From Alphaproteobacteria bacterium (GTDB taxonomy: Bacteria; Pseudomonadota; Alphaproteobacteria; CALKHQ01), in NCBI GenBank assembly GCA_965227515.1, contig CBDDFZ010000001.1:2592001-2656000 (forward strand): a DNA stretch of 64,000 nucleotides, in the 5' to 3' direction. Below, piece after piece: positions 52,062 to 63,633 of this stretch; position 1 is the first letter of the stretch, and the number at the start of each line of letters is the position of its first letter. The position numbers and the translations under genes were made by a program. Below the pieces are notes generated by a model. It worked only from the letters and a program-made list of their open reading frames with translations, did no database searches and had not been told where the DNA came from.

Positions 52062-53531
52062 GTGCTGCAACGCAAAAATTCGGCCAAGGCGGCAACGGTG
52101 CCAGCGGTTGGCGCGAAGGTGCGCCGTGCGCGGATGGCGGCCGGCCTCAGCCAGGTTGCGCTCGCCGAGCAGCTGGGCATCTCGGGCGCCTACCTGAACC
52201 TGATCGAGCACAACCGCCGCAACCTGACGGTGCCGTTGCTGCTGCGCCTTGCCGAGCTGCTGCCGCTGGACCTGAGCCAGTTGACCGACGGCAATCTGGA
52301 CCAGCTGTCCAACGACCTGATGGAGGCATTCGGCGACGAGGCGGTATCGCACCTGGATATCAAGACGTCCGACGTGCGCGACCTGATCGATGCGCACCCG
52401 GCGGTGGCGCGTGGAGTCGTGGCGCTCTACGACGCCTATCGGAATGCGAACGAGGACGTGCGCGCGCTCCGCGCCGACGGGCCGGCGGTGGACGCGGGCG
52501 CGGAGAATGAAAGACCGGCAGGCGAACGCCCGTCCGGCGAAATCGTGTCGGACGTGCTGCAGGCCGCCGACAACCATTTCCCGACTTTGGAGCTGGCGGC
52601 GGAGCGGGTCGGCGCGGACATCTCGCACAGTGGCGAGGACAGGTTCCGCGGCATGTCGACCTTCCTGGCCAATGCCTTCGGTGTGCGGGTGGCGGTGCTG
52701 CCGGCCGATCCCAGGCAGCTGACGATGCGGCGCTACGACCCGGCGGCGCGCACGCTGGAACTGTCGGAGAGCCTGCCCTCGGCCAGCCGCAACTTCCAGG
52801 TCGCCTACCAGATCGCGCTGCTGGCGGCGGAGCGCGAGATCGAGGAGATCATCGCGGCGCATGGCCTGGACGGCGAGGATGTGCACACCCACGCGCGGAT
52901 CGCGCTCGCCAGCTACTTCGCCGCCGCGTTGCTGATGCCTTACGACGACATGCTGCGGCAGTCACAGGCGCTGCGCTACGACACCGAACTGCTGCAGCAC
53001 CATTTCGGCACCAGCTTCGAGCAGGTTTGCCACCGGCTGACCACGCTGCAGAAGAAGGGCGCGCGGGGCGTGCCGTTCCACATGCTGCGCACCGACATCG
53101 CCGGCAACATCTCCAAGCGCATCTCCATGTCCGGCATCCGCATCCCGCGGCACGGCGGCGCCTGCCCGCGCTGGAACATCTATCACGCGTTCCTGCAGCC
53201 GGGCGTCATCAACGTCCAGGTGTCGGAGACGCCGGAGGGCGCGCGCTATCTGTGCATCGCGCGCACGGTGTTCAAGCGCGCCGGCGGGCACGGCGTGCCG
53301 GTCAGCACGCTGGCGATCGGGCTCGGCTGCGACATCGCGCATGCCGCCGCCCTGGTCTATGCCGACGGCATCGACCTGGAGAACCCGGCGCTGGCGGTGC
53401 CCATCGGCACCACGTGCCGACTGTGCGAGCGGCTGGATTGCCGGCAGCGCGCCTATCCGCCGGTGAACATGCCCCACGCCATCGACGAGAACGTGCGCGG
53501 CGTTTCGGCCTTCACGATCCGGTCGGCATGA
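52062..53531 (+). CDS. Short-chain fatty acyl-CoA regulator (RamB/PccR/ScfR, XRE family)
   Basis: XRE HTH (YLNLIEHNRR), SFEQVCHRLTTLQ, GGACPRW, CRLCERLDCRQRA; divergent from aceA. Confidence 0.9.
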   Translation: MLQRKNSAKAATVPAVGAKVRRARMAAGLSQVALAEQLGISGAYLNLIEHNRRNLTVPLLLRLAELLPLDLSQLTDGNLDQLSNDLMEAFGDEAVSHLDIKTSDVRDLIDAHPAVARGVVALYDAYRNANEDVRALRADGPAVDAGAENERPAGERPSGEIVSDVLQAADNHFPTLELAAERVGADISHSGEDRFRGMSTFLANAFGVRVAVLPADPRQLTMRRYDPAARTLELSESLPSASRNFQVAYQIALLAAEREIEEIIAAHGLDGEDVHTHARIALASYFAAALLMPYDDMLRQSQALRYDTELLQHHFGTSFEQVCHRLTTLQKKGARGVPFHMLRTDIAGNISKRISMSGIRIPRHGGACPRWNIYHAFLQPGVINVQVSETPEGARYLCIARTVFKRAGGHGVPVSTLAIGLGCDIAHAAALVYADGIDLENPALAVPIGTTCRLCERLDCRQRAYPPVNMPHAIDENVRGVSAFTIRSA

Positions 53532-53583
53532 TCGGCCCGAAACTATTCGCTGACCGGGGTGCCGACTTGTCATAAGATTCGTT

Positions 53584-53611
53584 CTAATGAAGACGGCCTA
53601 ATGAAGACGGC
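53584..53611 (+). repeat. 14-bp perfect tandem duplication
   Basis: ctaatgaagacggc x2. Confidence 0.8.
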
Positions 53612-53707
53612 GCAACTCAGGCTGGGTGCCTGTGACGTGCGTGACGTCGGACGTGCCCAGGACCTTGATACCGGGATCTTGAAACCGGAACCTTGATGGG
53701 GTGAGAC

Positions 53708-56700
53708 GTGGGGCGCCGGGTTCGCCAGTGGCTGGAGGGTTTGGGCCTGGAGCGTTACGCCGACGCGATGGCGGCGAACGACGTCGACTGGCGTGCCCTG
53801 GTTCACCTGACCGACGATGATCTGAAGGAGCTCGGCGTCTCGCTGGGCCACCGCCGCATCATGCTGACCGCCATCGAGGCGCTGGAGCGGGATGGCCGGG
53901 AAGATGGGGCCGGTGGGCCGCCGACGTTGCAGGCCGGACGGTCGGCGTCGCAGGAGGGCGAGCGCCGCCAGCTCTCGGTCATGTTCTGCGACCTGGTCGG
54001 CTCGACCGCGCTGTCCGGGCGGCTGGACCCGGAGGAGCTGCGCGAGGTCTTGCGCCGCTACCAGAACATCGTCGTCGAGGCGGTGCGCTTCTACGACGGC
54101 TATGTGGCCAAGTTCCTGGGCGACGGCGTGCTGGCCTATTTCGGCTGGCCACAGGCCCACGAGGACCAGGCCGAACGGGCGGTGCGCGCCGGACTGCGCA
54201 TTCTGTCGGCCATCGAGGCCGCGGACGGCAGCCGGCCGCTCGACATGCAGGTCAGGATCGGCATCGACACCGGGCCCGTGGTGGTGGGCGACCTGGTCGG
54301 CGACGAACTGTCGGATACCGAAGCGGTCATCGGCTCCACCCCCAATCTGGCGGCACGGCTGCAGGGGGCGGCCGAGCCGGGCCAGATCGTCATCGGGCAG
54401 GTGACGCGGCGCCTGTTGGGCAGCGCGTTCGAGATGACCTATTTGGAGCCGATGGCGCTGAAGGGCTTCGCCGATCCGGTGCAAGGCTGGGTCGTGCATC
54501 GCGAGGTGGATGCCGAAACCCGCCTCCTGGCCGCACATCGCCAGCGCCTGACGAAACGGGTCGGCCGCGAGCATGAGCTCGGCCTGTTGCAGGAACGTTG
54601 GCGGCGGGCAGCCGCAGGCGATGGCCAGGTCGTCATGCTGGTGGGCGCGGCCGGCATCGGCAAGTCGCGCATCGTGCACGAACTGCGCCGCGAGATCGGC
54701 GAGGACGAGGGCACCAGCCTGTCGCTGCAGTGCTCGCCGCATCGCACCAACAGCGCGTTCCACCCGGTCATTCAGTACATGCGGCACGCCGCGGACTTCG
54801 CGCTGGACGACGATCCGGCGACCAAGCTCGACAAGCTGGAGGCCTTTCTGGACGCCTCCGGCGAGGATGTAGCCCAAGTCGCGCCCGTCTTTGCCGCCGT
54901 GATGTCGCTGCCCGGCGAGGAACGCTACGGCGCGCTGGACCTGTCGCCACAATTGTTTCGTGGCGAGGTGATCCGGCTGTCGGTCGACCACATCATCGGC
55001 CAAAGCCGCAAGCACGGCATGTTGTGCGTGGTCGAGGACGCCCATTGGATCGACCCGTCGATGACCGAACTGGTGGGCGAATTGATCGCGCGGGTCCAGG
55101 GGGAGGCGGTCTGTGTGCTGGTCACCAGCCGGCCGGAATACCGGCGCCCATGGCCGGATCATGCCCATCTCAGCACCATCAACCTTGCGCGCCTGAGCCG
55201 CCCCCAGGCGGCGGAGATCGTGCGAGCGATTGCCGGTCCCGCGCTGCTGCCGGCCATCGTGGACCAGATCGTGGACCGCTCCGATGGCGTGCCGCTGTAT
55301 GTCGAGGAACTGACCCGCGCGGTGCTGGAGGACGTGTCGGCGGCGACGGACGGTGCGGCCGACCGTCTGGTGCCGGCATCGTTGCAGGCGTCGCTGGTGG
55401 CGCGGTTGGACCGGCTGGGCGAGGCGAAGGAGGTTGCGCAGGTGGGCGCGGTGATCGGCCGGGAGTTCACCGAGGCCGGCGTGTGCGCCGTGCTGGGCTG
55501 TGCGCCGGCCGAGATCGCCACCGAACTCGCGCAATTGGAGAAGGCCGACCTTGTCGTGCGGCGCGGCAGACCGCCCAGCGTGACCTACACCTTCAAGCAC
55601 GCCCTGGTGCAGGACGCGGCCTATGGCACCATCCTGAAGGCGCGCCGGCGCACGATCCACGCCCGCATCCTGGCCGACCTGGAAAGCCAACTGGGCCAGC
55701 AGGTGGAAGAGCGGGTGGAGATGCTGGGCCATCACGCCCATCGCGGTCAGGTGTGGGACAAGGCGTTCCAGTACCTGGTCGCCGCCGGCAAGCGCGCCAT
55801 GCAGCGCTCGGCCCTGCACGAGGCCGCCAGCCATTTCGAGCGCGCGCTCGATGCGTCTGAGAACGTGCCCCAGACCCCCGACCTGCTGCGGGAGACGATT
55901 GCGGTGCGCTACGAGCTTCGCAACGTGATGTGGGGGCTGGCGCGCTTCGACGACATCTTGACGACGCTGGCGGCGGCCGAGGAGGACGCGGCCCAGCTCG
56001 ACGATCCGCTCAACGCCGGCTGGATCTCGGTGTTCCGCAGTGCCAGCCTGTGGCAGCTCGGACGGGCGGACGAGGCGGTGCGTGCGTCGGAGGATGCGCT
56101 GGCCGTTGGCGAAGCGCATGGGGACCTGTCGCTGAGCGTGGCGGCGAATTTCTACCTGGGGTGCGCCCACGTCACTGCCGGGGCGCACGGCCTGGCGGAG
56201 ACCCACTTCGGCAACGTCGTCGACATGCTGCCCGGCGAGAAGGCACGCCTGCGTTGCGGTCTGCCGTTCGCGCCGGCGGTGATTGCGCTGTCGTGGCTGG
56301 TCTGGGCGTATGCCGAGGACGGGCGGTTCGCCGACGGCGCACGCAGCGCGGATGAGGCGCTGGATATCGCCAAGGGGATCGGCCAGCCGTTCAACATCGC
56401 CCACATCTATTACGACCTGGGCTACTTCCACCAGATCCAGGGCGACCTGGACAGCGCCATCTCGGTGCTGGAGCGGTCGTACGACATGGTCAACGAGTGG
56501 GGCTTCACCTACCTGTCGCCGTTCATCATGGGCTTCCTGGGCCATGCCCGGGCGGTGGCCGGCCGGGTGCAGGAGGGCCTGCTGCTGCTGCAACAGGCGC
56601 AGGTCGCCTATCACAAGGTGGGGCTTGGCCTTTTTAGGGCGCTGGTCAGCGCGCAACTTGGCGAGGCGCAATTCCTCGCCGGCGATCCAGGGCTGGCGGC

Positions 56701-57019
56701 GACCACCACCACCCAGGCCCTGAGCCTGGCGCGCAGCCGTGGCGAGCGCGGATTTGAGGCCCATGCCCTGCGCATCCTGGGCGACATTTCGGCGAGCCGG
56801 CAGGTCGGCGACCACGCCCAGGCGTCAGCCCACTACAATGAGGCTCTTACGCTGACCGAGGCGTTGGGCATGCGGCCGTTGGAGGCACGGCTGCACCGGG
56901 CGCTTGCGCGCTTGGCCGAGCGCACCGGCGACGAGAAAGCGGCAGCACGGCATGCCGCGCGCGCCGCCGCCATCGCCGAGGAGATCGGCATGGCCTTCTG
57001 GCCAGAGCGAGATAACTGA
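53708..57019 (+). CDS. SAM + class III adenylate/guanylate cyclase + AAA/STAND ATPase + TPR protein
   Basis: WLEGLGLERY SAM; MFCDLVGST, KFLGDG, PNLAARLQ; GAAGIGKS, EDAHWID; FKHALVQDAAY. Confidence 0.9.
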   Translation: MGRRVRQWLEGLGLERYADAMAANDVDWRALVHLTDDDLKELGVSLGHRRIMLTAIEALERDGREDGAGGPPTLQAGRSASQEGERRQLSVMFCDLVGSTALSGRLDPEELREVLRRYQNIVVEAVRFYDGYVAKFLGDGVLAYFGWPQAHEDQAERAVRAGLRILSAIEAADGSRPLDMQVRIGIDTGPVVVGDLVGDELSDTEAVIGSTPNLAARLQGAAEPGQIVIGQVTRRLLGSAFEMTYLEPMALKGFADPVQGWVVHREVDAETRLLAAHRQRLTKRVGREHELGLLQERWRRAAAGDGQVVMLVGAAGIGKSRIVHELRREIGEDEGTSLSLQCSPHRTNSAFHPVIQYMRHAADFALDDDPATKLDKLEAFLDASGEDVAQVAPVFAAVMSLPGEERYGALDLSPQLFRGEVIRLSVDHIIGQSRKHGMLCVVEDAHWIDPSMTELVGELIARVQGEAVCVLVTSRPEYRRPWPDHAHLSTINLARLSRPQAAEIVRAIAGPALLPAIVDQIVDRSDGVPLYVEELTRAVLEDVSAATDGAADRLVPASLQASLVARLDRLGEAKEVAQVGAVIGREFTEAGVCAVLGCAPAEIATELAQLEKADLVVRRGRPPSVTYTFKHALVQDAAYGTILKARRRTIHARILADLESQLGQQVEERVEMLGHHAHRGQVWDKAFQYLVAAGKRAMQRSALHEAASHFERALDASENVPQTPDLLRETIAVRYELRNVMWGLARFDDILTTLAAAEEDAAQLDDPLNAGWISVFRSASLWQLGRADEAVRASEDALAVGEAHGDLSLSVAANFYLGCAHVTAGAHGLAETHFGNVVDMLPGEKARLRCGLPFAPAVIALSWLVWAYAEDGRFADGARSADEALDIAKGIGQPFNIAHIYYDLGYFHQIQGDLDSAISVLERSYDMVNEWGFTYLSPFIMGFLGHARAVAGRVQEGLLLLQQAQVAYHKVGLGLFRALVSAQLGEAQFLAGDPGLAATTTTQALSLARSRGERGFEAHALRILGDISASRQVGDHAQASAHYNEALTLTEALGMRPLEARLHRALARLAERTGDEKAAARHAARAAAIAEEIGMAFWPERDN

Positions 57020-57045
57020 GGCTGGTTGCGTTTCGCGCGACGGTG

Positions 57046-57206
57046 CCCTCGGCCTCCCGGCACTCTCCCAAGTCGCGGGAGAGGGGATTGATGCGCGACC
57101 AAGAACCCTCTCCCCCTCGTGGGAGAGGGAGGGACCCGAACCTGTCCTTGGGCCCGGCCTACGGCCGGTCCCGAGGGCCGACAGGTTTGGGAGGGTGAGG
57201 GGGGCG
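57046..57206. repeat. Alphaproteobacterial palindromic intergenic repeat (CCCTCTCCC...GGGAGAGGG type)
   Basis: ctctccca..gggagagggg, ccctctccccctcgtgggagaggg, nested hairpins, gggagggtgagggg. Confidence 0.7.
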
Positions 57207-57224
57207 TTTGATGCCCCGAAATCT

Positions 57225-58226
57225 CTAACCGCCGCGGCCGGCGCGGGCGGTGATGTGCTGGTGCACCCACTGGCGGGCATTGGGGATCAGCACCGAGAAG
57301 ATCAGCAGCAGGCCGATGACGCCGGTCTGGATGTGGCCGGTGATGTTCTCCAGCGCCATGCCGTTCCTGAGATTGAGCACGATCAGGATCGCCAGCACCG
57401 CGCCGAACATGGTGCCTGAGCCGCCGAAGATGCTGATGCCGCCGAGCAGCACCATGGTGATGATGTCGAGCTCGAAGCCGAAGCCGATGTCGCCGCGCAC
57501 CGAGCCCACGCGCGCCGAATAGAGCAGGCCGGCCAGCGCCGCCAGGCTGGCGGAGATGATGAACAGCGCCGCTTTCACCCGCCGCACCCGCACGCCGGAG
57601 TAGAGCGCGACGTCGCGGTTGTTGCCGATGACGTAGACCTGCCGCCCGAAGGCGGAGAAGTGCAACACCACCACCAGCACGATCAGCAGGACGAAGAACA
57701 GGATCAGTGCCAGCGGGAACGGGCCGATCAGCGGCTGCTGGCCCAGATCGTCGAACCACTGCGGGAAATCGGTGATGCCCCGATCCTCGACCAGGATGTA
57801 GGCCGCACCCCTGTAGCCGATCAGCATGGCGAGCGTCACCACCAGGGAGGGCAGGCCGACCACCGCGATCCAGAATGCATTGAAGGCGCCGGCCAGCGCA
57901 CCGACCCCGAACGTGAGAATGATCGCCGCCCACACCGGCACGCCCTCGGCGAACATCCAGCCGAACGCGCAGGCGCACAACCCCATCACCGACGACACCG
58001 ACAGGTCGATCTCGCCGTTGATGATGATCAGCGTCATCGCCAGCGCGATGATGATCTTCTCGATGGAGACCTGGAACAGGTTGATCTGGTTGCCGACGGT
58101 CAGGAATTCCGGCGACAGCACGCCGTTGACGACGATGGTGACCGCCAGGATCAGCAGCAGGAAGCCCTCCCAGCTGTTCAGGCGGCGCACGATCGCGGCG
58201 ATTGGCGAACCGGAGTGCTCGGCCAT
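57225..58226 (-). CDS. Sugar ABC transporter permease (RhaQ-like)
   Basis: [28 protein letters not shown]. Confidence 0.88.
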   Translation of the reverse strand: MAEHSGSPIAAIVRRLNSWEGFLLLILAVTIVVNGVLSPEFLTVGNQINLFQVSIEKIIIALAMTLIIINGEIDLSVSSVMGLCACAFGWMFAEGVPVWAAIILTFGVGALAGAFNAFWIAVVGLPSLVVTLAMLIGYRGAAYILVEDRGITDFPQWFDDLGQQPLIGPFPLALILFFVLLIVLVVVLHFSAFGRQVYVIGNNRDVALYSGVRVRRVKAALFIISASLAALAGLLYSARVGSVRGDIGFGFELDIITMVLLGGISIFGGSGTMFGAVLAILIVLNLRNGMALENITGHIQTGVIGLLLIFSVLIPNARQWVHQHITARAGRGG

Positions 58227-58227
58227 C

Positions 58228-59325
58228 TCAGGAGGTGCCCTTGTTGCGGGTGGCGAGCGTCGTCTGGCGCAGTGCCGCGCGCCGGTGGCGCAGGCCCGCC
58301 AGCCGTTGCAGCAGGAAGCTGTCGGCGGCGACCGCCAGCAGGATCATCAGGCCCAGCACGGCATCGCGCCAGAACTCGCTGATCAGGTCCCAACGGCCCA
58401 GGCTGTAGTCGATCAGGTCGACCAGGATGGCGCCCAGCAGCACGCCGATGACGGTGCCCGACCCGCCGAAGATGTTGACGCCGCCGACCACCACGGCCGC
58501 GACCGACTTCAGCTCCAGGCCCAGCCCTGCGACCACGGTGATGTTGCCGAAGCGCGCGAGGTAGGCGAAGCCGGCCAGCCCGGCCAGCGCGCCGCACAGC
58601 ACGAATGCCAGGAACACGATCCGCTGCGAGCGGATGCCGGCCATCACCGCCGCCTCCGGGTTCGACCCGATGGCGTAGAACTTGCGGCCCAGGCGCATGC
58701 GGCTGAGGAACAGGTGGACCACCAGCACCACCAGCACCGCGATGAAGAAGGTCAGCCGTATTTCTATATCGCCGAACGACAGCGGGTTGCCGCCGACGGC
58801 GTCGATCAGCCATTGCGGCGTCAGGTCCGACAGATTGGTGCGCGGCAGGTCGATCAGCCACTGCGGCAGCGCGCTCGACGTGATCGACCGTGCCTCGCCG
58901 TATTCGGTGACCAGGGTGCGGAACAGGGCCATGGTGCCCAGGGTGACAATGATCGCCGGCACCCGGCCATAGGCCACCAGCACGCCATTGAAGGCGCCGA
59001 ACAGGGCGCCGACGCCCACCGCGATCAGCACCGCGATCGCGCCGTTCATCTCCGGGTTGGAGGCCAGGACGTCGCCGACGAAATAGGCCGTGAAGCCAAC
59101 CGTCGAGCCCACCGACAGGTCGATGTTGCGGGTCATCACCACCAGCGACTGGCCGACCGCGAGTAGCACCACGATGGCGACGCTGGAGGTGATGCGGTGG
59201 AAGGTGCGCGCGTTGTAGTAGTTGTCGATCACCGCGCCGAAGAACACGACGACCAGCACCATCACCAGTACCAGCGCGAACAGGCGCAGCGTCTGTGGGT
59301 GCAGGCGCTCGAACAGCGTCATCAT
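58228..59325 (-). CDS. Sugar ABC transporter permease (RhaP-like)
   Basis: Starts MMTLFERL, coupled to the ATPase stop; [31 protein letters not shown]. Confidence 0.88.
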   Translation of the reverse strand: MMTLFERLHPQTLRLFALVLVMVLVVVFFGAVIDNYYNARTFHRITSSVAIVVLLAVGQSLVVMTRNIDLSVGSTVGFTAYFVGDVLASNPEMNGAIAVLIAVGVGALFGAFNGVLVAYGRVPAIIVTLGTMALFRTLVTEYGEARSITSSALPQWLIDLPRTNLSDLTPQWLIDAVGGNPLSFGDIEIRLTFFIAVLVVLVVHLFLSRMRLGRKFYAIGSNPEAAVMAGIRSQRIVFLAFVLCGALAGLAGFAYLARFGNITVVAGLGLELKSVAAVVVGGVNIFGGSGTVIGVLLGAILVDLIDYSLGRWDLISEFWRDAVLGLMILLAVAADSFLLQRLAGLRHRRAALRQTTLATRNKGTS

Positions 59326-60833
59326 TAGGCGGCGTCCAGGGTGTCGGCCTGGCCGGTCGCCAGCCGCATGACCTGTTCCTGGGTGGCGGATTCGGCCCCG
59401 AAGATGCCCATCTGCCGGCCCTCGCGCATCACCAGGATACGGTCGGCCATCGCCATCACCTCCGGCAGGTCCGACGAGATCACGATCACCGCCACGCCGG
59501 CGGCGGCAAGGTCGCGAATGATCTGGTGCACCTCCGCCTTGGCGCCGACGTCGATGCCGCGGGTCGGCTCGTCGACGATCAGCAGCTTCGGCTCGGCGGC
59601 CAGCCATTTCGACAGCATCACCTTCTGCTGGTTGCCGCCGGACAGCCGGCCGACCGCCTGTTCCAGGTTGGTGGTGCGGATGTTCAGCCGCTGGCGGTAG
59701 CGGTCGGCGAGCCCGTATTCCTCGTCGCGCTTGACCAGCCCGAAGTGGTTGAGGAAACGGTCGAGCGTCGGCAGCGACACGTTGGGCACGATCGCCATCG
59801 GCAGCGCCAGGCCCAGCTTGCGCCGATCCTCCGACACATAGGCGATGTGCAGCTTCATCGCGGCGCGCGGGCTGTTGATGGTGACGGGCTTGCCCTCGAA
59901 ACGAATCTCGCCCTCGTCAGCCGGTGCGACCCCGAACAGCGACAGCGCGATATCGGTGCGGCGCGCGCCGACCAGTCCGGCGAAGCACAGGATCTCGCCC
60001 CGGCAGACATCGAACGACACGTTCTCGAACACGCCCGCCTTGGTCAGGCCGTCGACCGACAGCAACACCTCGTCGGTGCGGCTGCTCGGCGCGCGCCCGA
60101 AGAAGTCCTCCAGGTTGCGGCCGACCATGTCGCGGATCAGGCTCTCCGCCGTCACGTCCTTGACCGCGTTGGTGGAGGTGTGCTGGCCGTCGCGCAGCAC
60201 GGTCACCCGGTCGGCCAGCTCGAACACTTCCTCTAGCCGGTGGCTGATGTAGACCACCGCGACGCCCTGCTCGCGCAACGTGCGCGCAATCGACATCAGC
60301 TGCTCGACCTCGTGCGCCGACAGCGAGGCCGTCGGCTCGTCCATAATCAGTACCTTGACGTCGAGCGAGATCGCGCGGGCGATCTCCACGGTCTGCTGCT
60401 CGGCAAGCGTGAGGCCGCTGGCGGCGCGGGTGACGTCGAGCGACACACCCAGGCGCGCGATCAGCTCGCGGGCCCGCGCCCTCATCTTGCGCCAGTTCAC
60501 CACGTGGCCCATGTCCAGGTGGCTGATGAAGATGTTCTCGGCGACGTCCAGGTCCGGGAACACCATCGGCTCCTGGAAAATGGCGGCGATGCCCATGGCC
60601 TGGGCGGCCTGGGTGCTGCCGATGGTGACCGGCTGGCCGCCGACCAGGATTTCGCCGGTGGTCGGCTGGTGGACGCCGGTCATGATCTTGATCAGGGTCG
60701 ACTTGCCGGCGCCGTTCTCGCCGACGACCGCATGAATCTCGCCCGGGAACAGGTCGAGCGTGATGTCGCTCAGCACCACGGTGCCTGAGAATTGCTTGGA
60801 GATGCCACGAAGCTGGAGGACCGGCTCGGTCAT
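59325..60833 (-). CDS. Sugar ABC transporter ATP-binding protein (RhaT-like)
   Basis: [35 protein letters not shown]. Confidence 0.92.
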   Translation of the reverse strand: MTEPVLQLRGISKQFSGTVVLSDITLDLFPGEIHAVVGENGAGKSTLIKIMTGVHQPTTGEILVGGQPVTIGSTQAAQAMGIAAIFQEPMVFPDLDVAENIFISHLDMGHVVNWRKMRARARELIARLGVSLDVTRAASGLTLAEQQTVEIARAISLDVKVLIMDEPTASLSAHEVEQLMSIARTLREQGVAVVYISHRLEEVFELADRVTVLRDGQHTSTNAVKDVTAESLIRDMVGRNLEDFFGRAPSSRTDEVLLSVDGLTKAGVFENVSFDVCRGEILCFAGLVGARRTDIALSLFGVAPADEGEIRFEGKPVTINSPRAAMKLHIAYVSEDRRKLGLALPMAIVPNVSLPTLDRFLNHFGLVKRDEEYGLADRYRQRLNIRTTNLEQAVGRLSGGNQQKVMLSKWLAAEPKLLIVDEPTRGIDVGAKAEVHQIIRDLAAAGVAVIVISSDLPEVMAMADRILVMREGRQMGIFGAESATQEQVMRLATGQADTLDAA

Positions 60834-60995
60834 CGGGTTTCCTGTCGCGCGCGAACCCAGGGCTGCCCCGGTGCACAGCCGCGCTGGCACGCGCCGCCCC
60901 GCCGGTCACCGACCAAGACGGGCAGCGGAGATGAATTGTGGCGGGGACCGCCGCGCCCGCGGGTGGCAGGCGCAGCGGTCCATCACGTGTCGGAA

Positions 60996-62051
60996 CTACT
61001 GGGCGGCAGCTTCGACGTTATCGGCGTTGTAGACCGTGAACGGACCCATCAGCACGCGGTTGCCCACGTCGCGGGTCGGGTCCTTCTCGACCGTGTAGGT
61101 GCCCATGCGGCCGGCCTCGAAGGTGTCGCCCTCCACGCCTTCCATCTGACCGGTCGCGATCAGGTAGGTCACGTAGTAGGTGAGGTAGCCGAGGTCGACG
61201 AAGCTCCACAGCGCGAATTCCGGCGCGCAACCGTTCAGCGTGTAGGAGACCATTTCCGCCGGCACGCCAAGGCCGGAGACCTTGACCTCGTCGCACATGT
61301 CCTCGTCCTGCATCGCCTTCGCCGCGGCCACGATGCCGACGGAGGTCGGCGCCATGATCAGGCCAAGGTCGGGATGCTGGTCGATCAGGCTGAGCGCGCG
61401 CTCGTAGCTGACTTCCAGGATGTCGTCGCCATACACGGTGTCGACCAGTTCCAGGCCGGCATACTTCTCGTCTTCCAGCGCGGTGTGCATCGCCGCGATC
61501 CAGGCGTTCTGATTGGCCGCGTCGGGCGTCGCCGACAGGATGGCGAACTGGCCCTCGCCGCCCAGGATGGAGTGCGTCATGTCGGCCATGACGACGCCGA
61601 TGTCGCTGAAGTCGACCTGGGCCACGAACAGGATCTCGCCCTCCGCCGACGGGATCGGCGAATCCCAGGTCACGACCTTGACGCCGGCCTCACCGGCGGC
61701 AACCGCGGACGGGGCGATCTGGTCGCCGGCGTTGTTCGACAGCATCACGCCGTCCTGGCCCTGGGTGGCCGCGGTGGTCATGATTTCGATCTGACCGGCG
61801 ACGCTGTTCTCGGGCGTCGGGCCGACATAGAGCAGCTCGCCCGGGTTCCCCAGCTCGGCATGGGCTTCCTGCGCGCCCTGGTTGGCCTGGTCGAACGGCA
61901 GGATGCCCAGGAACTTGGGTAGCAGCACCAGGTTCGCCTCCAGGCCCGTCTCGGGCACGATCGCGTCCTGGGCCAGCGCCGTCGTGCTGGCCAGCGCGCC
62001 CATCAGGCCCACGCTCGCGGCAGTGAGGCAGGCAACGGTCTTCTTCTGCAT
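60996..62051 (-). CDS. Sugar ABC transporter substrate-binding protein (rhamnose RhaS-like)
   Basis: Signal peptide; LPKFLG, GPT..GQIE, WDS, NQNAWI, FALW..DLGY. Confidence 0.85.
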   Translation of the reverse strand: MQKKTVACLTAASVGLMGALASTTALAQDAIVPETGLEANLVLLPKFLGILPFDQANQGAQEAHAELGNPGELLYVGPTPENSVAGQIEIMTTAATQGQDGVMLSNNAGDQIAPSAVAAGEAGVKVVTWDSPIPSAEGEILFVAQVDFSDIGVVMADMTHSILGGEGQFAILSATPDAANQNAWIAAMHTALEDEKYAGLELVDTVYGDDILEVSYERALSLIDQHPDLGLIMAPTSVGIVAAAKAMQDEDMCDEVKVSGLGVPAEMVSYTLNGCAPEFALWSFVDLGYLTYYVTYLIATGQMEGVEGDTFEAGRMGTYTVEKDPTRDVGNRVLMGPFTVYNADNVEAAAQ

Positions 62052-62255
62052 GGGAATGATCCCTCCCTTGTCGGCGATCTGGATGACCGCTCAGGTTTTC
62101 GGCGCGTTGTGCGCTTATCGTTCTGGAGCGCCGATCTTTTCGGTGCCCCCCACCGAAGTCAAGGACGATCGCGGAATAATCCGGCCGCCATATCCGTCAT
62201 TGCAATAACGGCGTCGTGCGACCGCCACGCCGCCGGTAACCAAAGGGAGGACACC

Positions 62256-63551
62256 ATGGCGGAAGACCATCGAGACCAAACGAGCGTGCAGGAATATTTC
62301 GCGGCCGATCCGGAGCAGGCGGATCGCGAAGTGTTTGGCCGGGTGTCGTACCCCGACCGGCGCGGCTTCCTGCGCGGGGCGGGGCTTGCCACCATGGGCG
62401 CCATGGTCGGTGCCACGATCCCGTTCCACCGCAACATGCCAGCCGGGCTGGTGCCTGCCGCCCTGGCGCAAGACGATGTGCTGGTCGGCAAGGACGGGCT
62501 GACGCTGCTCAACGACCGCCCGGTCAACGCGGAGACGCCGCCGGAACTGCTGGACGATCCGATCACGCCGGTCGACCGGCACTTCATCCGTAACAACGGC
62601 ACCGTGCCGGCGGACACCAGCGCGGAGGGCTGGACCCTGACCGTCGACGGCCTGGTCGACAACGCGATGGAAATGACCATCGCCGAGCTCAGCGACCAGT
62701 TCGAGGTCGTGACGATGGCGCTGAACCTGGAATGCGGCGGCAACGGGCGCGCGTTCTTCGATCCGCCGGCCAGCGGCAACCAGTGGACCTACGGCGCGGT
62801 GGCGTGCTCGGAGTGGACCGGCGTTCGCCTGAAGGACGTGCTCGAGGCGGCCGGCGTGCAGTCCAACGTCGTCTACACCGCGCACTACGGCGCCGACGGA
62901 CACCTGTCCGGCGATGCCAGCAAGGTGCCGATCTCGCGCGGCGTGCCGATTGCCAAGGCAATGGACGACAACGTGCTGATCGCCTTTCAGATGAACGGGG
63001 GGCCGATCCACCCGATGAACGGCGCGCCGCTGCGTCTGGTCGTGCCGGGCTGGCCGGGGTCGTGCTCGCAGAAGTGGCTCACCCGCATCGAGCTGCGCGA
63101 CCAGGTGCACGACGGTCCGAAGATGACCGGCACCTCCTATCGCGTGCCGGCCTATCCGGTGGCGGCGGGCCAGGACGTGCCCGAAGAGGACTTCATCATC
63201 ATCGAGCGGATGCCGGTGAAGTCGCTGGTGACCTTCCCGGCGAACGGCGCCGACGTCGGCATGGAAACGGAAGTGCGCGGCCATGCCTGGTCGGGCGACC
63301 GAGAGATCGCCGGCCTCGACATCTCCTTCGATTTCGGCACGTCCTGGCAGGCCGCCGACCTCGACCCGCCGGTCAATTCCGGTGCGTGGCAGAACTGGCG
63401 CACCGGCATAAGCTTCCCACTGGCCGGCTATTACGAGATCTGGGCGCGGGCGACGGACAGCGACGGTGCGATGCAGCCCTTCGCTATCGACTGGAACCCG
63501 AAGGGCTATTTGAACAACACGATGCACCGCGTCGGCGTGCGCGCCGGCTGA
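62256..63551 (+). CDS. Periplasmic molybdopterin sulfite dehydrogenase (SorT/SorA-like, sulfite oxidase family)
   Basis: Tat motif DRRGFLRG; HFIRNN, LECGGNGR Mo ligand, GAPLRLVVPGW, WNPKGYLNN. Confidence 0.9.
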   Translation: MAEDHRDQTSVQEYFAADPEQADREVFGRVSYPDRRGFLRGAGLATMGAMVGATIPFHRNMPAGLVPAALAQDDVLVGKDGLTLLNDRPVNAETPPELLDDPITPVDRHFIRNNGTVPADTSAEGWTLTVDGLVDNAMEMTIAELSDQFEVVTMALNLECGGNGRAFFDPPASGNQWTYGAVACSEWTGVRLKDVLEAAGVQSNVVYTAHYGADGHLSGDASKVPISRGVPIAKAMDDNVLIAFQMNGGPIHPMNGAPLRLVVPGWPGSCSQKWLTRIELRDQVHDGPKMTGTSYRVPAYPVAAGQDVPEEDFIIIERMPVKSLVTFPANGADVGMETEVRGHAWSGDREIAGLDISFDFGTSWQAADLDPPVNSGAWQNWRTGISFPLAGYYEIWARATDSDGAMQPFAIDWNPKGYLNNTMHRVGVRAG

Positions 63552-63633
63552 TCGTGATTGCCGAGACCTTGGCCGGGGCGGCGCATTGCCGCCCCGTGCC
63601 GCTGCCAGACGTCGACCGAGCCTGGAGACACCC

